Numbered from the stretch's first letter, positions 12,078 to 24,561 are shown. The stretch: 64,000 nucleotides of DNA from an uncultured delta proteobacterium (GCA_963804955.1 CAWDSQ010000014.1:160001-224000); one strand, 5' to 3'. The notes: a model not told the origin generated them from the sequence alone. Numbers and translations: made by a program.

Positions 12078-15000
12078 CTACTCTCCGGGAAAACCTTCCG
12101 GACAGGTATCCGCGGATTTCTTCAAAGTTACGTTGCCTTTAACCTCCTGCTCTTTAACTATGAGCTGGCCCTCCCATTGATCCGTGGTGAGATTGTACTT
12201 CATGTCCGTCATGGTGAGATGGGCCGTTATCGCGCCAAGGGTCACCAGAATGGTCCCGTTCACCGAGCTTACCTCATCCACGGTAATATTGCTTGCGGCC
12301 GTAGCATCAGGGTCACTGGCAGCATCGGCGGCATCAGCAATTTTGCCGTTCATATGCTCATTGGTAGCCTCGATATCAATGCGCGCGGTACCGGTGACGA
12401 CAGTGCCCGACTGGTCAGCGCAAACCTTGAGAGCTGCGGCGATAAAGCCGAAATCGATAACGCCTTCATAATACCCGTCAAATTCGGCTTCGCCGAAGGT
12501 CGGGCAGTTTGCCGCATTTTTGTGATAGTAGTCTTCAACTTGCGCATAATGCCGCACGGCCATGCTGAAGCAGTACAGCGCCCTGGCAAGCCTGCCGCTG
12601 TCCCCGGCCTGCTTGCCCTTTTCAAAAGCGCTGTCGCCCAGTGACAGATCGCGGTTAATGCGTTTCTGATACTCATCGCAAATGCTATCGGCCATGACTG
12701 CTGCTTCAGCCTGCGCGACCTGCACTTCCCACAGTGCCGACTGATAGAGCATCTCTTCGGATGCTGCCAGCGCCCGTGTTGCAGCGCCTCTGCCGGCCTT
12801 GGCAATGGCCAGGGCCGAAAGCCTCAGCTGCCCGTCAAGATCGGTCTGCTCAAGAGCCTTTTTCATCATTCTTTTAGCTCTTCTATAGTGCCGCTTTTGC
12901 GCGCCGCTTGACGAGGCGATGGCCGAGGTGAGACCGGTGTCCATAGTCGGGGCGCATTTTTCATACGACAGGAGCCCGCGCTGGGTCGTAAGGGCAAGGG
13001 AAACGCCGGCAATTTCAAGAGTGCCTGCCGTCATCGTGCCCTTCAGGCCGCTGCCCGACTTTTTAAGATTGATTTCGCCGGTGCCGCCGGCATACACAAA
13101 CGTGCCCTTCACAAAACTTTCATTGTCGGCCGTCGAGGCGGTGACCGTGCCGTCAAGAACCGTAGCGCCATAGACGGTAAGCGTGCCGGTCACATTGTCA
13201 TGGGCCTGATAGAGATCGGCAACAATGCCGATGGTGCTGTTATCGGCTGCATCCAGACCGGTGCCGTACCAGATGCCGCTTGCCTGAGTTGCCGGCTTCT
13301 TCGGCACGGCAACTTTAAACGTGTATAAACCGCCGACACCGCTTGAAACATAGGCAATACCCTGGTCCGCTGCATAGGTGATTCTCAGGGGATCGATCAC
13401 GCTGAAGGACTCGTTGTCAAACTCCTGCGGACTGTCGGGCACCGCAATATCAAACAGGCGCACGGCCCCGGCCGTATCGGCCACGAGCAGATACCCGTCA
13501 AAGGCCTCGACAGCTCTCATCATGCCGGTTTTATGGCGCACGGTGATGGGATCAATGAAAGATGCATTGTCATAGGTTGGCAGATACAGGGGGTCGAAAT
13601 GTACCATATGCAGCACGTCGCTTGCGGGCAGATACATCCAGGTATCCCAGACCGCTATGTCAAGGACATTGCCCAGATCATAGCCCAGGGTATAGCTGGC
13701 GGCGATCTTCTGGGGAAAGCCGGGGTCTTGTATGTCAAGGGCCGTAAACCCTTTAAGCCCGTCTGCCACCATACTATAGCTTTCGCCCCATACAACCGGG
13801 GCATAGCAGATGCCGGCGGTGTTATAGCTGCCGAGCAGCTCAGGGTTGGCGGTATCAGAAACATCCACGATCGCCAGGCCTGCGGTCTGGCAGGCGACAA
13901 AGGCAAGATTCCCCTGCACCTGAACCGTGTAGGGCTGACCGGAGAGGGCTACTGACCCGAGAATGACCGGCGCCAGCGGGTCTGCGACATCCACGATTTC
14001 CAGCAGCCCGCCTTCCTCCCCTTCATGATTGGTCTGGGCGACATAGACGGTTGAGCCGGAAACGGCAAGGCCGTTGGCATAGCCCGACAGGGTCTTCTGC
14101 ACGACCTGCAGGGGCTGCAGCGGATTAGTCATGTCAAGAATCGCAAGGCCTTTGGTTCCCACGGCGGCATAGGCAAAATCGCCCGCGCCCTTGCAGTCGA
14201 CAACCCGGCCCATGGAGAGGATTTCGCCGACCTGCTGTATGGCATTAGAGCGGGTGTCAAAAATCCGTATGCCGTAATTTGAATTGGCAAGCGCCACATA
14301 GTTGCCGATTGTCGAAATGCCCAGGCTGTGCTGTCCGAGCAGAAAAGCCTGTACCTGTATCGGGTTTGCAGGATCGGTCACATCAATCTTGTAAAAATCC
14401 GCGAACTCGGTGCACAGATAGACATACCCGTCCTTTGCCTGCACAACCCCGATGACACCCTGATAATTATTATTCAGCGGCTCGCCGACAAGGGTAATAT
14501 TGTCAAAATCGGCTATGTTAAGGACTGCAAGGCCGGTGCCGCCGGCTGCCACATAGAGATAATCGCCGTCACGCGCTACGCCATAAGAATTGGCCCAGTG
14601 ATTGTGATAGAATCGAAATAATAAGCCACCGGCTCCAGCGTTTTGGTGGTGTTATCGATGCCGTCGAAAATGTACAAGCCGTCAGCCTCGCAGCTGAAAA
14701 AAAGCGTATTGCCGTCGATATAGGCGTCATAGGCATGGTGTTCGGGGTTCACAAAATCCGTAAATGACTGCACGATATTCGGGGATGAGGGGGTGGTCAC
14801 ATCAAGAACAAATAAGCCTGAATAATCGGCAACATACACATAGTTGCCATTGACCGCCACACCGAAGGTCTGGCCGATGGCGTCGGCCTTGTCGAAGTTC
14901 GTTACCGAAATGATCGCCGGCTTAGCCGGGTCGGCAACATTAACCGCCGCAAGGCCGCCGTAGGAGCAGGAGATATAGAGGATATCACCGCTTTGAGCTA

Positions 15001-15268
15001 TGCGGCGTGCTATGCCCGGAAGGGCAAGCGTGCCGATCTCAACAGGCGCGCTCATAGTGGAAATATCAGAAACAAAAAGTCTGCTGCCTGTGAGACTGAA
15101 CAGCAGAGGGTTTCTGTACTGAGAAGTTCCATCCTCGTCTATCAAGCCATACCGGGACGAGCCCCCAAGGCTATACTGAAAATCAACGGTCTGGGCAAAT
15201 GCCCCTGCCGTCATGCTGACTGCAAAAAGCAGAGCGAAGATGGTATAGTAAATGTTTTTTCTTTGCAT
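12078..15268 (-). CDS. Large secreted LVIVD-repeat beta-propeller protein (frameshift near 14590)
   Basis: Signal peptide and many repeats of the form YxYVA-x4-GL-x-IVDVSDPxxP across ORFs 14576-15268 and 12078-14552. Confidence 0.85.
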
Positions 15269-15517
15269 AACATGCCCTCCTTGTGAACTGTTTTCTCTGA
15301 CTGTTTCTGTATGCTCAGGCTGAAGGGGAGCTCAAATCGACATACGATACGGCAGCACCCCACCGGCGCACACAGCCCTGTAAAAAAAGTTCAAAGCCCT
15401 CTGCATCTGCCGCGGCAGAAAGCTTTAATCACAGAAAAAATGTTTAGCTGAAGCGTCATGCTTCCGGCTCAACCGGACACTTTTTCCAATGGGCAATAAT
15501 TCGATAAATATTTTAAA

Positions 15518-15533
15518 TGCTTAAATCGTGCCA
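15518..15533 (-). promoter_or_regulatory. Sigma-54 -24/-12 promoter for the LVIVD gene
   Basis: Minus strand TGGCACG-ATTT-AAGCA versus consensus TGGCACG-N4-TTGCW. Confidence 0.7.
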
Positions 15534-15637
15534 TGATGTCCCGCACTGGAATGGATAAAAAAACGTCTAATATTAAATAGTTAGAACCTCAGAACTGGAT
15601 ACTTCAGCCGCAACAACCCTCTTGCTACTAAACAATT

Positions 15638-15672
15638 TGTGCAGATATGCACAGAACGTGCAAATATGCACA
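15638..15672. promoter_or_regulatory. Tandem palindromic enhancer (UAS) sites
   Basis: TGTGCA-GATA-TGCACA (15638-15653) and CGTGCA-AATA-TGCACA (15657-15672), about 105 bp upstream of the sigma-54 site. Confidence 0.7.
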
Positions 15673-15686
15673 GTGCACCTCCACCT

Positions 15687-15730
15687 AAAAAAACGGCAGG
15701 CTTCAGAATAACCCCTGAAGCCTGTCTTTT
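15687..15730 (-). terminator. Intrinsic terminator after DUF1329 copy 1
   Basis: GGCAGGCTTCAG...CTGAAGCCTGTC hairpin flanked by A and T tracts. Confidence 0.7.
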
Positions 15731-15755
15731 GTAGAAACGTTAAAAAAACGTCTGC

Positions 15756-17012
15756 TTAATAACCGTGCTTCTGCAGGTAATCAAGGGTGAACATAGTCTC
15801 CGGAAGATCTGCGCCGAACTTCAGTTCGGTGGTGCCGACCGTAGCAGTGAATGCGCTGAATATCGACGGTCTGGGTGCCGTTGAAATGAGGAACGACAAC
15901 TGCCATTATGCCCCTTGCCGACAAAGCCCAGCTGATCAATCCACTTCCAGAGCTTGCCCGAGCGGTCATAGCGGTCGGAGTACAGCATCTGCCAGGTTTC
16001 GGGATCAAGATACCAGACCATTTTGCTGTACAGAAAGTTGGGGTCTTTGCTGGTGGCCTCGACAACATGCATTTTCACGCGCTCGCGCTGCGTTCCGTCA
16101 AACAGGCAGTCGCCCGGCGTATGCACGAGCTTTTTGGTGTCGGTGTGGCGGCCCATGAGCATGTCTTTCTGGCCGAGATACTTATAGGTATTGACCTGCA
16201 CCGGGCCGTCCCATCCCATATTATCGAAGGCGCAGTAGTCGGCGCCGCCCTGGGCGTCCTGACGCTCCGAGGTCGAGCGGCGGCGTACGCGGCGGATGGA
16301 AGGCATCCAGAACCAGGAGTCATAGGCCTTGAGGGTATCCTTGTAGTGGATTTCCATGATGCGCATATTGCGGGTTTCCGGCGGCTGCAGCTGCAGCATG
16401 CTGAATGCACGCCATATCTGCTTGGGATTTTTCGTCAAACTCGGGCACCGGCGGCGTATCGGTGCGGCCGGAAAAAAAGCACAGGCTGTTTTTGATTTCG
16501 GAATTCATGTCATACTTCAGGCGACCGTCGACGATCCAGGCATTATCATGGTTCTTATAGGCGTCGCCGAATGCTGCGGGTGCGGAAATTATGGGCCATT
16601 TCTGTGGCATCCTTGGTGTCGGGAAACGGCACGCCGGAGACATAGCCCAAGAATCTCGCCGCTTGGGTCCGAGCTTTGCTCTGACCATAATACTTTTTGG
16701 TCATTTCAATATTGCCCGGCGTGGGGGAACCGGTTTGATAGGGAACGATTTCAAACCAGCTGTCGCCCCATTTGCCGGCATCCTTCATGGTGTTGTAAAA
16801 GCTTTCCGGCAGAAAGTCCTTCACCTCGTCAACATTGGCGCTGGTAATTTTCTTGCCGACCCACTTGGCTTCCCAGGCCTGAAGTTTTTTCAGCTCATCG
16901 CCCTGATAGCAGGCACAGGGTACTGCAGCTCTTTGGCCGAAGCTGTTGATGCAGCCATCAGCGCACAGGCGACTGCTCCCAGAACACACAGTGCGGAAAT
17001 TTTAAGTTTCAT
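15756..17012 (-). CDS. DUF1329 family periplasmic protein (LolA-like), copy 1, several frameshifts
   Basis: Fragments WEAKWVGKKITSANVD, GVPFP, WFWMPSIRRVRR, YSKMVWYLDPETW, YDRSGKLWK are collinear with the intact paralog at 54422-55687. Confidence 0.85.
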
Positions 17013-17028
17013 ATGCGTTCCTCCGTTA

Positions 17029-18596
17029 TTAGAATTCATAGGTGTATTCAAAGGTCCACGTATCTTTATGATTTACATTTGCCGGGTTATCTTTAAGCCC
17101 GAAATAATTAAGATACCGCACCAGAAAAGTGTGGCCGAAGTTGGGCTTGAAGCCGATAGCCGGAGCATAGTAGCCGCCGCCCTGATTGGTGTACCAGGCG
17201 CCGTAAAAACCCGGCAGGATGCGGCCGTTCCACAGTTCATAGCTCAGCTCCTGGGTGACAACCGTCCAGGACTTGTGATTTTTGCCGTACGTGACCCAGG
17301 GAAAATAAAAATCATTGCGGTGCTTCTCGGGCATGAACTCCATGAACAGCTGCGTTGTGGAGGACAGGTACTTGTTGCGCGCCCAGGGCGTGATATAGGG
17401 CAGAAAAATCTTGGTGGCCCATGAGGCGCAGAACGCATAGCGGTTCTGCTTGGTTATGCGCGACTTCAGACCGCCAAGCGCCAGCGCTTCAAGGCCCGGC
17501 TTGTTATGCTCCCAAATGGCCTCCAGCCGTGCAATATTGCCCGACATGGCAAGGCTGGTGCCCGGTATGATCGGGATGGTGATATCGACGGGCTTGTTCA
17601 CCGTAAAGCCCACGGTGTCCTGCCAGGGATACTTGTAGATATCCTTTCAGGGGATACAGGTTCAAACGCCGGGTCAGACCGGTGTTGCCCAGCGCCGGCC
17701 CCAATCCCTGTGCTAAGAGCACTGTTGGGACCCAGGACGCCATCGTCAACGCGATGGTGAAAGTACGACACGGTCCAGTCATAGCCTGCCAGAAATCCGC
17801 GGATGCGGCCGCCGAACTCCATTTTGTGCCAGCTGTCATCAGGTGCGTCGCGGTAATAGGCCTCAAACATTTCATTCGGATTAGCCAGAGCTGTTGTACG
17901 CTCTCGGATGCAGAAGGTGATAGCCCACGGGCCAGTTCACGGTGGGCTCGAAATCCGGAATCAGGAGCAGTTCATAGGTCATGTCCATGGGCTGATCGGG
18001 CGGGGTAAAAAAGAAACGGCCCATCCAGAGGCCCTGCTTGAGTTCGGCAAAATCCGGATAAGCGGGGTTCAAATTGCCGCGCAGGTCAACCGGGTTGATA
18101 TTATCAACCATGCGCTCAAAGCCCGTCTCGCCCCATGATCACGATCTGCTTGCCCAAACGCACCTGAAACATGGGCCCGTTCAATTCCGTATACAGCTCG
18201 CGGCAAATGTCCTTGAACTGGTTATACGTACGCAGCTCATCTATGGATTTGGATGAATCCTGGGCGGCATTTCTGAGCATACGCTTGTACTCGCCGTCGA
18301 CATCGTGGGCTGCATCATAGAATTCCTTCCAAACGCCGTAAAAATTAACCTGGTATTCAGGCCCCTCATAGGCATGCCACATGGTTTCGAGCTTCAGCGT
18401 GCTGCGGGCATTGAATATTTCATAATCGTAGTCCTCATAATGCTGCGTATCATTGGCGCGCATGAGCAGCTGCTCTGAAATCTTGCCGTGAATGACGACC
18501 TTGCCGTCAAACAAATCAATTGCGCTGGCCCTGCCCGGCAGCAGGCACAGGCCGGCGGCAAAACCCAGATAGCACCAAAACAAAATTTCTTTTCAT
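17029..18596 (-). CDS. DUF1302 family outer-membrane beta-barrel protein, copy 1, several frameshifts
   Basis: Signal peptide, RELYTE, VRLGKQIV, DNINPVDLR, ELKQGLWM, C-terminal FEYTYEF. Parallels 52773-54386. Confidence 0.85.
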
Positions 18597-18645
18597 ACGG
18601 TCCTCCCTTTATGATTTTTATGCTTTTCTCCCCGTTCTTCAGCTG

Positions 18646-19096
18646 TTAATCAACCACGATCGTGCCATTGACATCGGGCAGATCCGTCTTCACGGCCGCT
18701 GTGGCTGCGCGGGCCGCGCTTGAGCACATAGTTGTAGGTCCCCTTCTCTATAAAGCACAGGCTTGCCACGGAGCTCGGCGGAATGCGGTCTGAAACAAAG
18801 GAGCCTTCTTCATCAACGATGAAATGCGTGGGGTTCTTGCAGGCAAGCGTTACCGCCTTGCCGGTAAACTGAATTTCAGCAATGCTGTCTGTACGGTTGA
18901 ACCAGATGACCGTGGTGCCGGGCTTGACCATGGCAAGCTTTGGATCAAGACCCGATATTTTATCCATTTGAATGACCTGATGGCCTTCAACTTTTTTCTC
19001 CGGCGCCACCTTGCCCTCGGTTTGAGCCTGCACGCTGCAGACTGCAAACAGCATCAGGCATACACAAACTGCTAGTGCTTTCATCACCTGTTTCAT
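18646..19096 (-). CDS. Secreted cupredoxin-fold protein, copy 1
   Basis: VKPGTTVIWFN, VTLACKNP, SVASLCF, GTYNY. The likely true end DVNGTIVVD* lies in an adjacent frame. Paralog at 59428-59883. Confidence 0.7.
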
Positions 19097-19154
19097 GCAT
19101 TCCCTCCTTCTGTTATATGGGTTTATGAAAAAAAATTATTCTGTTGTATTGTCG

Positions 19155-20091
19155 CTAGCCATACCACCCGGTGCGCCAGAAGCCCTTATTGAAATACTCC
19201 GGAAAATCCTTCTTCCCAAACAGCAGCCTGCCGATCTTAACCGCGATATCTTCGGATTCGAACAAAGCCATGAATGAAGCCGTCGCAGTCGCCCTGCCCT
19301 CAACGGTGTCGCCAGCATCATCCTGCGTGGCATTGTCAAGAGCGGCGAAATAGGCGTCCTGATACAGCTTGAATGCCTCAAGCGCTGCGGCAGCATAGGC
19401 CTCGCGCGCAGTCTCATTATCCTCGGGAGCAGCAAGCTCAAGCCGGTAGGGTGATTTGTAGGGATTGAGATATTCGGTCAGGCCTCCGCGGTCGCCTGCG
19501 GGCGGCTCAGGAATCTGGTATCTGGCCACAAGAGCCATGGCCTGATTGATCTTCTCAAGCTGCTCTTCGCCGAAAAACTCGTCGACGTCGACGCTGGCAT
19601 TATCATAATTGTAAAAATCCATGCTGAATTCCTCGTCCGAGCCGGACATGGCCGCGCGGGCATCGCCATGCATGATCGGCGCGCCTATTTTTGCCGTGGG
19701 ACGAACGACAAAAGCGCAGTCCGTGTAATTGCCCGATTCGGGCGGCGCCTCGAACTGGCTGATAGAACCGACGGCTATCTTATCGCTTTCATATGACTGC
19801 AGATATACCTGCAGCTTGCTGCTGCCGAACACCAGGCGAATCAGGCCCCTGAGCCGCTTGACATACTCCGTACCGGGAGCGAAGATGTGCGGGCATATCT
19901 GTGCGCACAGTGGCGCCGGCATCGACAAGCTTGCCCTTCATATAGTCGCCCATGTTTTCGTACAGATCATAATCGGGCGCAGGGGGCTTGCAGGAAGGCA
20001 GCATCAGCAGGCATGCCAGAAGGGCAAGGGGAAGGAGCGTGAGGGAACATGTCGGTAACTTTTTTCCTGAACATTCATTCCGGTGAGCCAT
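19155..20091 (-). CDS. Lipoprotein with a ferredoxin-dependent bilin reductase/RCCR-like fold (frameshift near 19900)
   Basis: Lipobox LLMLPSC in ORF 19789-20091. The body has RP...APIMHGD, FSMDF, YKSPY, AFKLYQDAY, EDIAVKIGRLLFG...YFNKGF, following the FDBR motif order. Confidence 0.6.
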
Positions 20092-20790
20092 TGCGTGATC
20101 CTCCTGTTTTAGTTATTTTATATACAAAAAACCGAGTTGTTCACATCGAAAAAAAATACTTTAAAGCCGACGGGCAATTCCTTCAGTTAAAAAAAGCTAA
20201 TAAAAATTAGCACAATAAATTAAATATATGAAGCTAAAATTGTTTGTTTTACAAAACTTTTTTTGAAAAAAAACCCCTGAAAGACTGCGTCATCTGCCGG
20301 TTGAAACACCCGCAAAAAAGCTCCAGCAGGCGAGATTCAAAACAAACAAACCAAGACAAAAAATCCCCAGCAGAAGGATGTCTTTCACCTCTCCATCTCT
20401 ATAGTCTTTGCCATTTCGCAATTGTGCTTTATTCGTGTAGCTGTTTTTACGCCTGTATGCTGATTGAAATCTTTTTTTATTGCAGTCTTCCGCGACTCCC
20501 CAAGCCGATGCATGCAGCACAGGCTGCGTATGCCGTCCATATTCCGCGGGAAGATATTCCCAAACATCGGGTTTTTTACACAGCCCTTCTATAAAATTTT
20601 CACAATTGCGGCAAAGCCTGGCTGGGTTTTCGGTTCGATTATCCACATCTGTTCTTCCTTCAATTACATGTCCGGGCATTTCCGGTCAGACGCTCCCTGC
20701 CTCCGGATATTCGTATGGCGGGAAGGAAAACACCTGTCTTCCTTCCCGCCGTACGGGGTCTCCTGGAGGAGGAGAGAGAAAAAAGCTGTA

Positions 20791-23196
20791 TCAGCTAACC
20801 GCCGGGGCCGCCTCAGCCGGCATCTCTTTGCCGTCAATCTTTTTTGTCAGAAACTTCGGCTTGAACATCAGGATCAGCACCGGCACAAAGAACACCGCGC
20901 CCAGGCAGTTGAAAAACAGAATGACCGCCAGCATGATGCCCATCTGGGCCTGAAATTTCAGCGGCGACAGGGCCCACACCAGCAGCCCCAGCACCAGGGT
21001 GCCGGCGATATAGATAATTGATTTTGAATAGCTCGTAATGGTGCGCAAGAGCGCGGTTTCCATGGATATGCCCGGAGCCCTGCTCTTCTCCTCAGCGCAG
21101 CGGGCAAGCAGGTAAATGCCGTAGTCGACTCCCATGCCGATGCCCGAGGCGGACACGGGCAGCGTTGAAATCGACAGGCCGATGCCGTTGATGGCCATAT
21201 AGGCGAATGCCATATAGTTTGACAGCAGCAGGGGAATGGTCAGTATCAGGCCTGCCTTGAGCGATTTAAACTCGATGGTCACGCAGATGAAGCACGCCCA
21301 GCAGCGCATAGATCAGGGTTTCAAGCTGCTTGCGCGCAACCATTTCATTGATGGCTGCCTCGGTGCCGATCACGCCGCCGCACAGCTTGTACTGAAAGCC
21401 TTCGGGCAGCTCTGGCGTATTTTTCTATATACTCCTTGGCCGCGGCAATGGCACTTCTGCAATGGTCGGGCCGGTTTTATCCATATAGTACAGGGCGATA
21501 TTGGTCTGCCGCAGCTTGGGGTCGAGATACTTGTTCATATCGCCGGGGTCGCCCGACTGGGTGAGGCCGATCGAGATAGGTATTGGCGGTTGCCGGGTCC
21601 TCGGACAGGCCCGCCCACTTGGGATCGTCTTCATGGAATTTCTGCGGCATGGCCATGAGCGGGCCGATGATATTCTGCGCGCCGACCGCGCCTGAATTGC
21701 GCATCATATGGGCCGTGAAATTTTTCATATCCCGCATGACTTCAAGGTTCGTGAGCGAGCGGACTTTTTCGCCCTCCAGCACTACATACAGCGGATTTAT
21801 CAGGGGCAGGTTCTGATTGATGCGCACGCTGTCCTGATTATAGCGCGACGAGGGGTACAGCAGGTTTGATCCCACCTGCGCATCGCCGATGATCATGGTT
21901 TCAGAATAATAATAGGACACCACCATCACCGCGGCAACGATGCCGAAAACCCACCACCGGCCATGGCCGATAATCCAGGGGCCCAGCCAGTCGGCAAATT
22001 TATTGGCAAAGCCCTGGCGCAGCTCGTCCTTTTTCTGCTCGCGCTCGATATGGGCAAGAAATTTTGCCGAGACCGGCACATAGGACATCAAAACCGGCGT
22101 CATGAGAAGGCCGATAATGACCGTGATAAAGGCCCAGAACGCGCCGGCGATGGCCATATGCTGCAGCATGGGCACGGGCGTGATGGCCACGATGGCGATG
22201 CCGAAAGCATCGGTAACAATGCTGGTAAGGCCCGGCAGGAACATCTGCGTGATGATGATGCGCACGCAGGCCTTCGGATCTCTGGTCTTTATATATTCTT
22301 CAAAATAGCGGTTGTACAGCTGATGGCTGTGCCTGAAGGCCATGAGCGAGATGAGAAAAGGCATGACGAAAATGAGGGGATCAAGATTATAGCCCATGAA
22401 AGCATAAAACCCCAGGCCCCAGACGCCCGACACCACTGCTGCAAGGGGCACGAAAATAGCTGCCATGATGGAGCGGTAGGCGATAAACAGCAGAATGGGG
22501 ATGAGTATGCCCGTGCCGATCATGATCTAGTTCATCATCTCTATATAGCTTGCCACCACGCCCAGATGCATGGGATGCCCCACGATGGATACGGTGGTGT
22601 TTTCGTCTTCGGTTTCCAGCCGCAGCCGGTCGAGCTCATTTTTTATTTTGGTATAATCAAGCTCCTCCTCGAAAAAGTCGGCAAATATGAGGCATTTTTT
22701 CGAGTCAAATGACACATAGGAGCCGTAATATGCTTCATTTGAGTAGATCGCCTCTTTGAGCTTTTTCATATCCTGCTCGGTCTTGGGAACCTCGGGCCAC
22801 ATGAGCGGCGTGGCCTCCATGCCCCAGGAGGTGATCTTGGGGTTTTTGATCTTGCGCGATGCCATGGAGATAATTTTATACCGGTCAACGCCCGGCACCT
22901 TTTCAAGCTCATTGGTGATATGGCGCACCTTTTCAAGAGTCTTGGTATTGAAAATATCGCCCTCTTTCACCGACACCATCATGACCAGGAAATTGGCGCC
23001 GCCGAAAGTTTCGCGAAATTCATTGTGTATTTTTATGTATTCATGATCCTGCGGCAGCAGTTCATTGAAGTTGGTGGAGATGGTGAGCTTGCGACATTTG
23101 CCAGCCGAAGGCAAGGGTAATAGCGCCGATGATGCACAGCACCAGCAGGCGATGCCTGATAACAAAATCGGCAAATTTTCCCATTATTTTATCCAT
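20791..23196 (-). CDS. MMPL/RND family transporter, copy 1, several frameshifts
   Basis: LLPQDHEYIKIHN, FGGAN, LDPLIFVMPFLISLMAFRHS, GLTSIVTDAFG, GMGVDYGIY, SPLKFQAQMG. Collinear with 50312-52699. Confidence 0.9.
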
Positions 23197-23221
23197 GATA
23201 GTCCTCTCGTTTTCTCAAACT

Positions 23222-24285
23222 TTAGTTCTTTGCCACCGGTATGCCCGACAGCATGGTCCAGGTGCGCGCACCGTCGGCAGTCTTTAATATCGTGCCGCGC
23301 GCCCCGACGGCAAAGCCGTTTGCTGCATCGGCCATGTCCATATCACGAAGCCATGACTTTGTAGTCTCCGAGCTCACTGTCATCTGCCAGGTCGCGCCGC
23401 CGTCGGCGGAAACAAGCGACATGCCCTTCTGTCCCGCCACAAGGCAGGTTGTGGAGCTGCACTTGATTTTATACAGGGTCACCTTGCTTGGCTCGGCGGG
23501 GTTTTTGACCTTTTTCCAGGTTGTTCCGCCGTCAGCCGTTGAAATAATCGTTCCGTCCATGCCGCAGGCAAGCCCGTTTCTGGTCATCGCTGAAATGCAC
23601 GCCATACAGCGACGGCGCGAATGCTTCCCATTCGGATTCGCTCACCACGGGAATAATATCCTTGCACTCCTGCTTCTGCCAGGTCGTGCCGCCGTCAGCC
23701 GTTGCCTAGAATGGTGCCGTATTCTCCCACAACACAGCCGTGCTGCGCGTCGGCAAAAAACACATCATTATAGATCTTATCTTCGCCGGCGCCCTGCTTC
23801 TGCCAGGTCGCGCCCGCCATCGGCCGTTGCCAGAATGGTGCCGAAATCGCCCACTGCCCAGCCATGGCGCGCATCGACAAAGGACACGGCAAACAGATGG
23901 TTCGCATCGCCCGATATTCCTGCTTAACCCAGGTTGTTCCGCCGTCGGCAGTATGCAGGATGGTTCCGGCTCGACCCACGGCCCAGCCGGTTGCAGGATT
24001 TACAAAAACTATATCGCACAGGCTGTTGGCAACGGGGCTTTTCTGCGGCGTCCAGGTCGCGCCGCCATCAGCGCTATGGACAATAGCCGAATCAAAGCCG
24101 ACAATCCAGATATGCTGCGGATCAAGGCTCACGATACCCAACAGGTGATTGGGGGTTACAAGGTTGAAAGGCGGTTTGGCCGGCGCCGGTTTAGTATCTT
24201 TCTTGCAGGCGGCAAGCCCAAGGCAGCAGACGGCTGCGATGAGAAGCACTGCCGAAATCTTACGGTCTGGGAAATATATTTTCAT
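23222..24285 (-). CDS. YCF48-like (BNR-repeat) beta-propeller lipoprotein, copy 1, frameshifted
   Basis: Lipobox LGLAAC and repeated GW-AVG-x-x-GTILxTADGGxTW. Confidence 0.85.
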
Positions 24286-24355
24286 AGTTGTATCCTTTCC
24301 TGCTTTTTCTGCTGTATGCTTTGTAGCTGCGCCTGACCAGGCTGCAACTCTTTTT

Positions 24356-24371
24356 TGCAGGAACCATGCCA
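24356..24371 (-). promoter_or_regulatory. Sigma-54 -24/-12 promoter for the YCF48-MMPL operon
   Basis: Minus strand TGGCATG-GTTC-CTGCA, about 70 bp upstream of the start codon. Confidence 0.75.
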
Positions 24372-24471
24372 CTGTTTTCGGACAATAGGGCAAAAACTAA
24401 AATACAAAGCAAAATAAGGTGGTTAAGGTTTTCAAAGCCTGCCTCGGCCCTGTGCCTGCACATGCCCAGGC

Positions 24472-24506
24472 TGTGCACATCTGCACAAAACTTGCAAATT
24501 CGCACA
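24472..24506. promoter_or_regulatory. Tandem palindromic UAS, same motif as 15638-15672
   Basis: TGTGCA-CATC-TGCACA (24472-24487) and CTTGCA-AATT-CGCACA (24491-24506). Confidence 0.7.
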
Positions 24507-24561
24507 ACTTCCTTTATAGGTGGTATGAGAAACTATCTACATATAGACATAGGAGCATATC

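Noticed and set aside
15638..15653. NifA regulation implied by TGT-N10-ACA
   Set aside because: No nif genes in the window; this spacing is shared by other sigma-54 activators.
20290..20679. 129-aa ORF with CxxC between the MMPL and FDBR-like genes
   Set aside because: Co-oriented and possibly real, but it has no recognisable family, an uncertain start and possible indels, so it is not listed as a feature.
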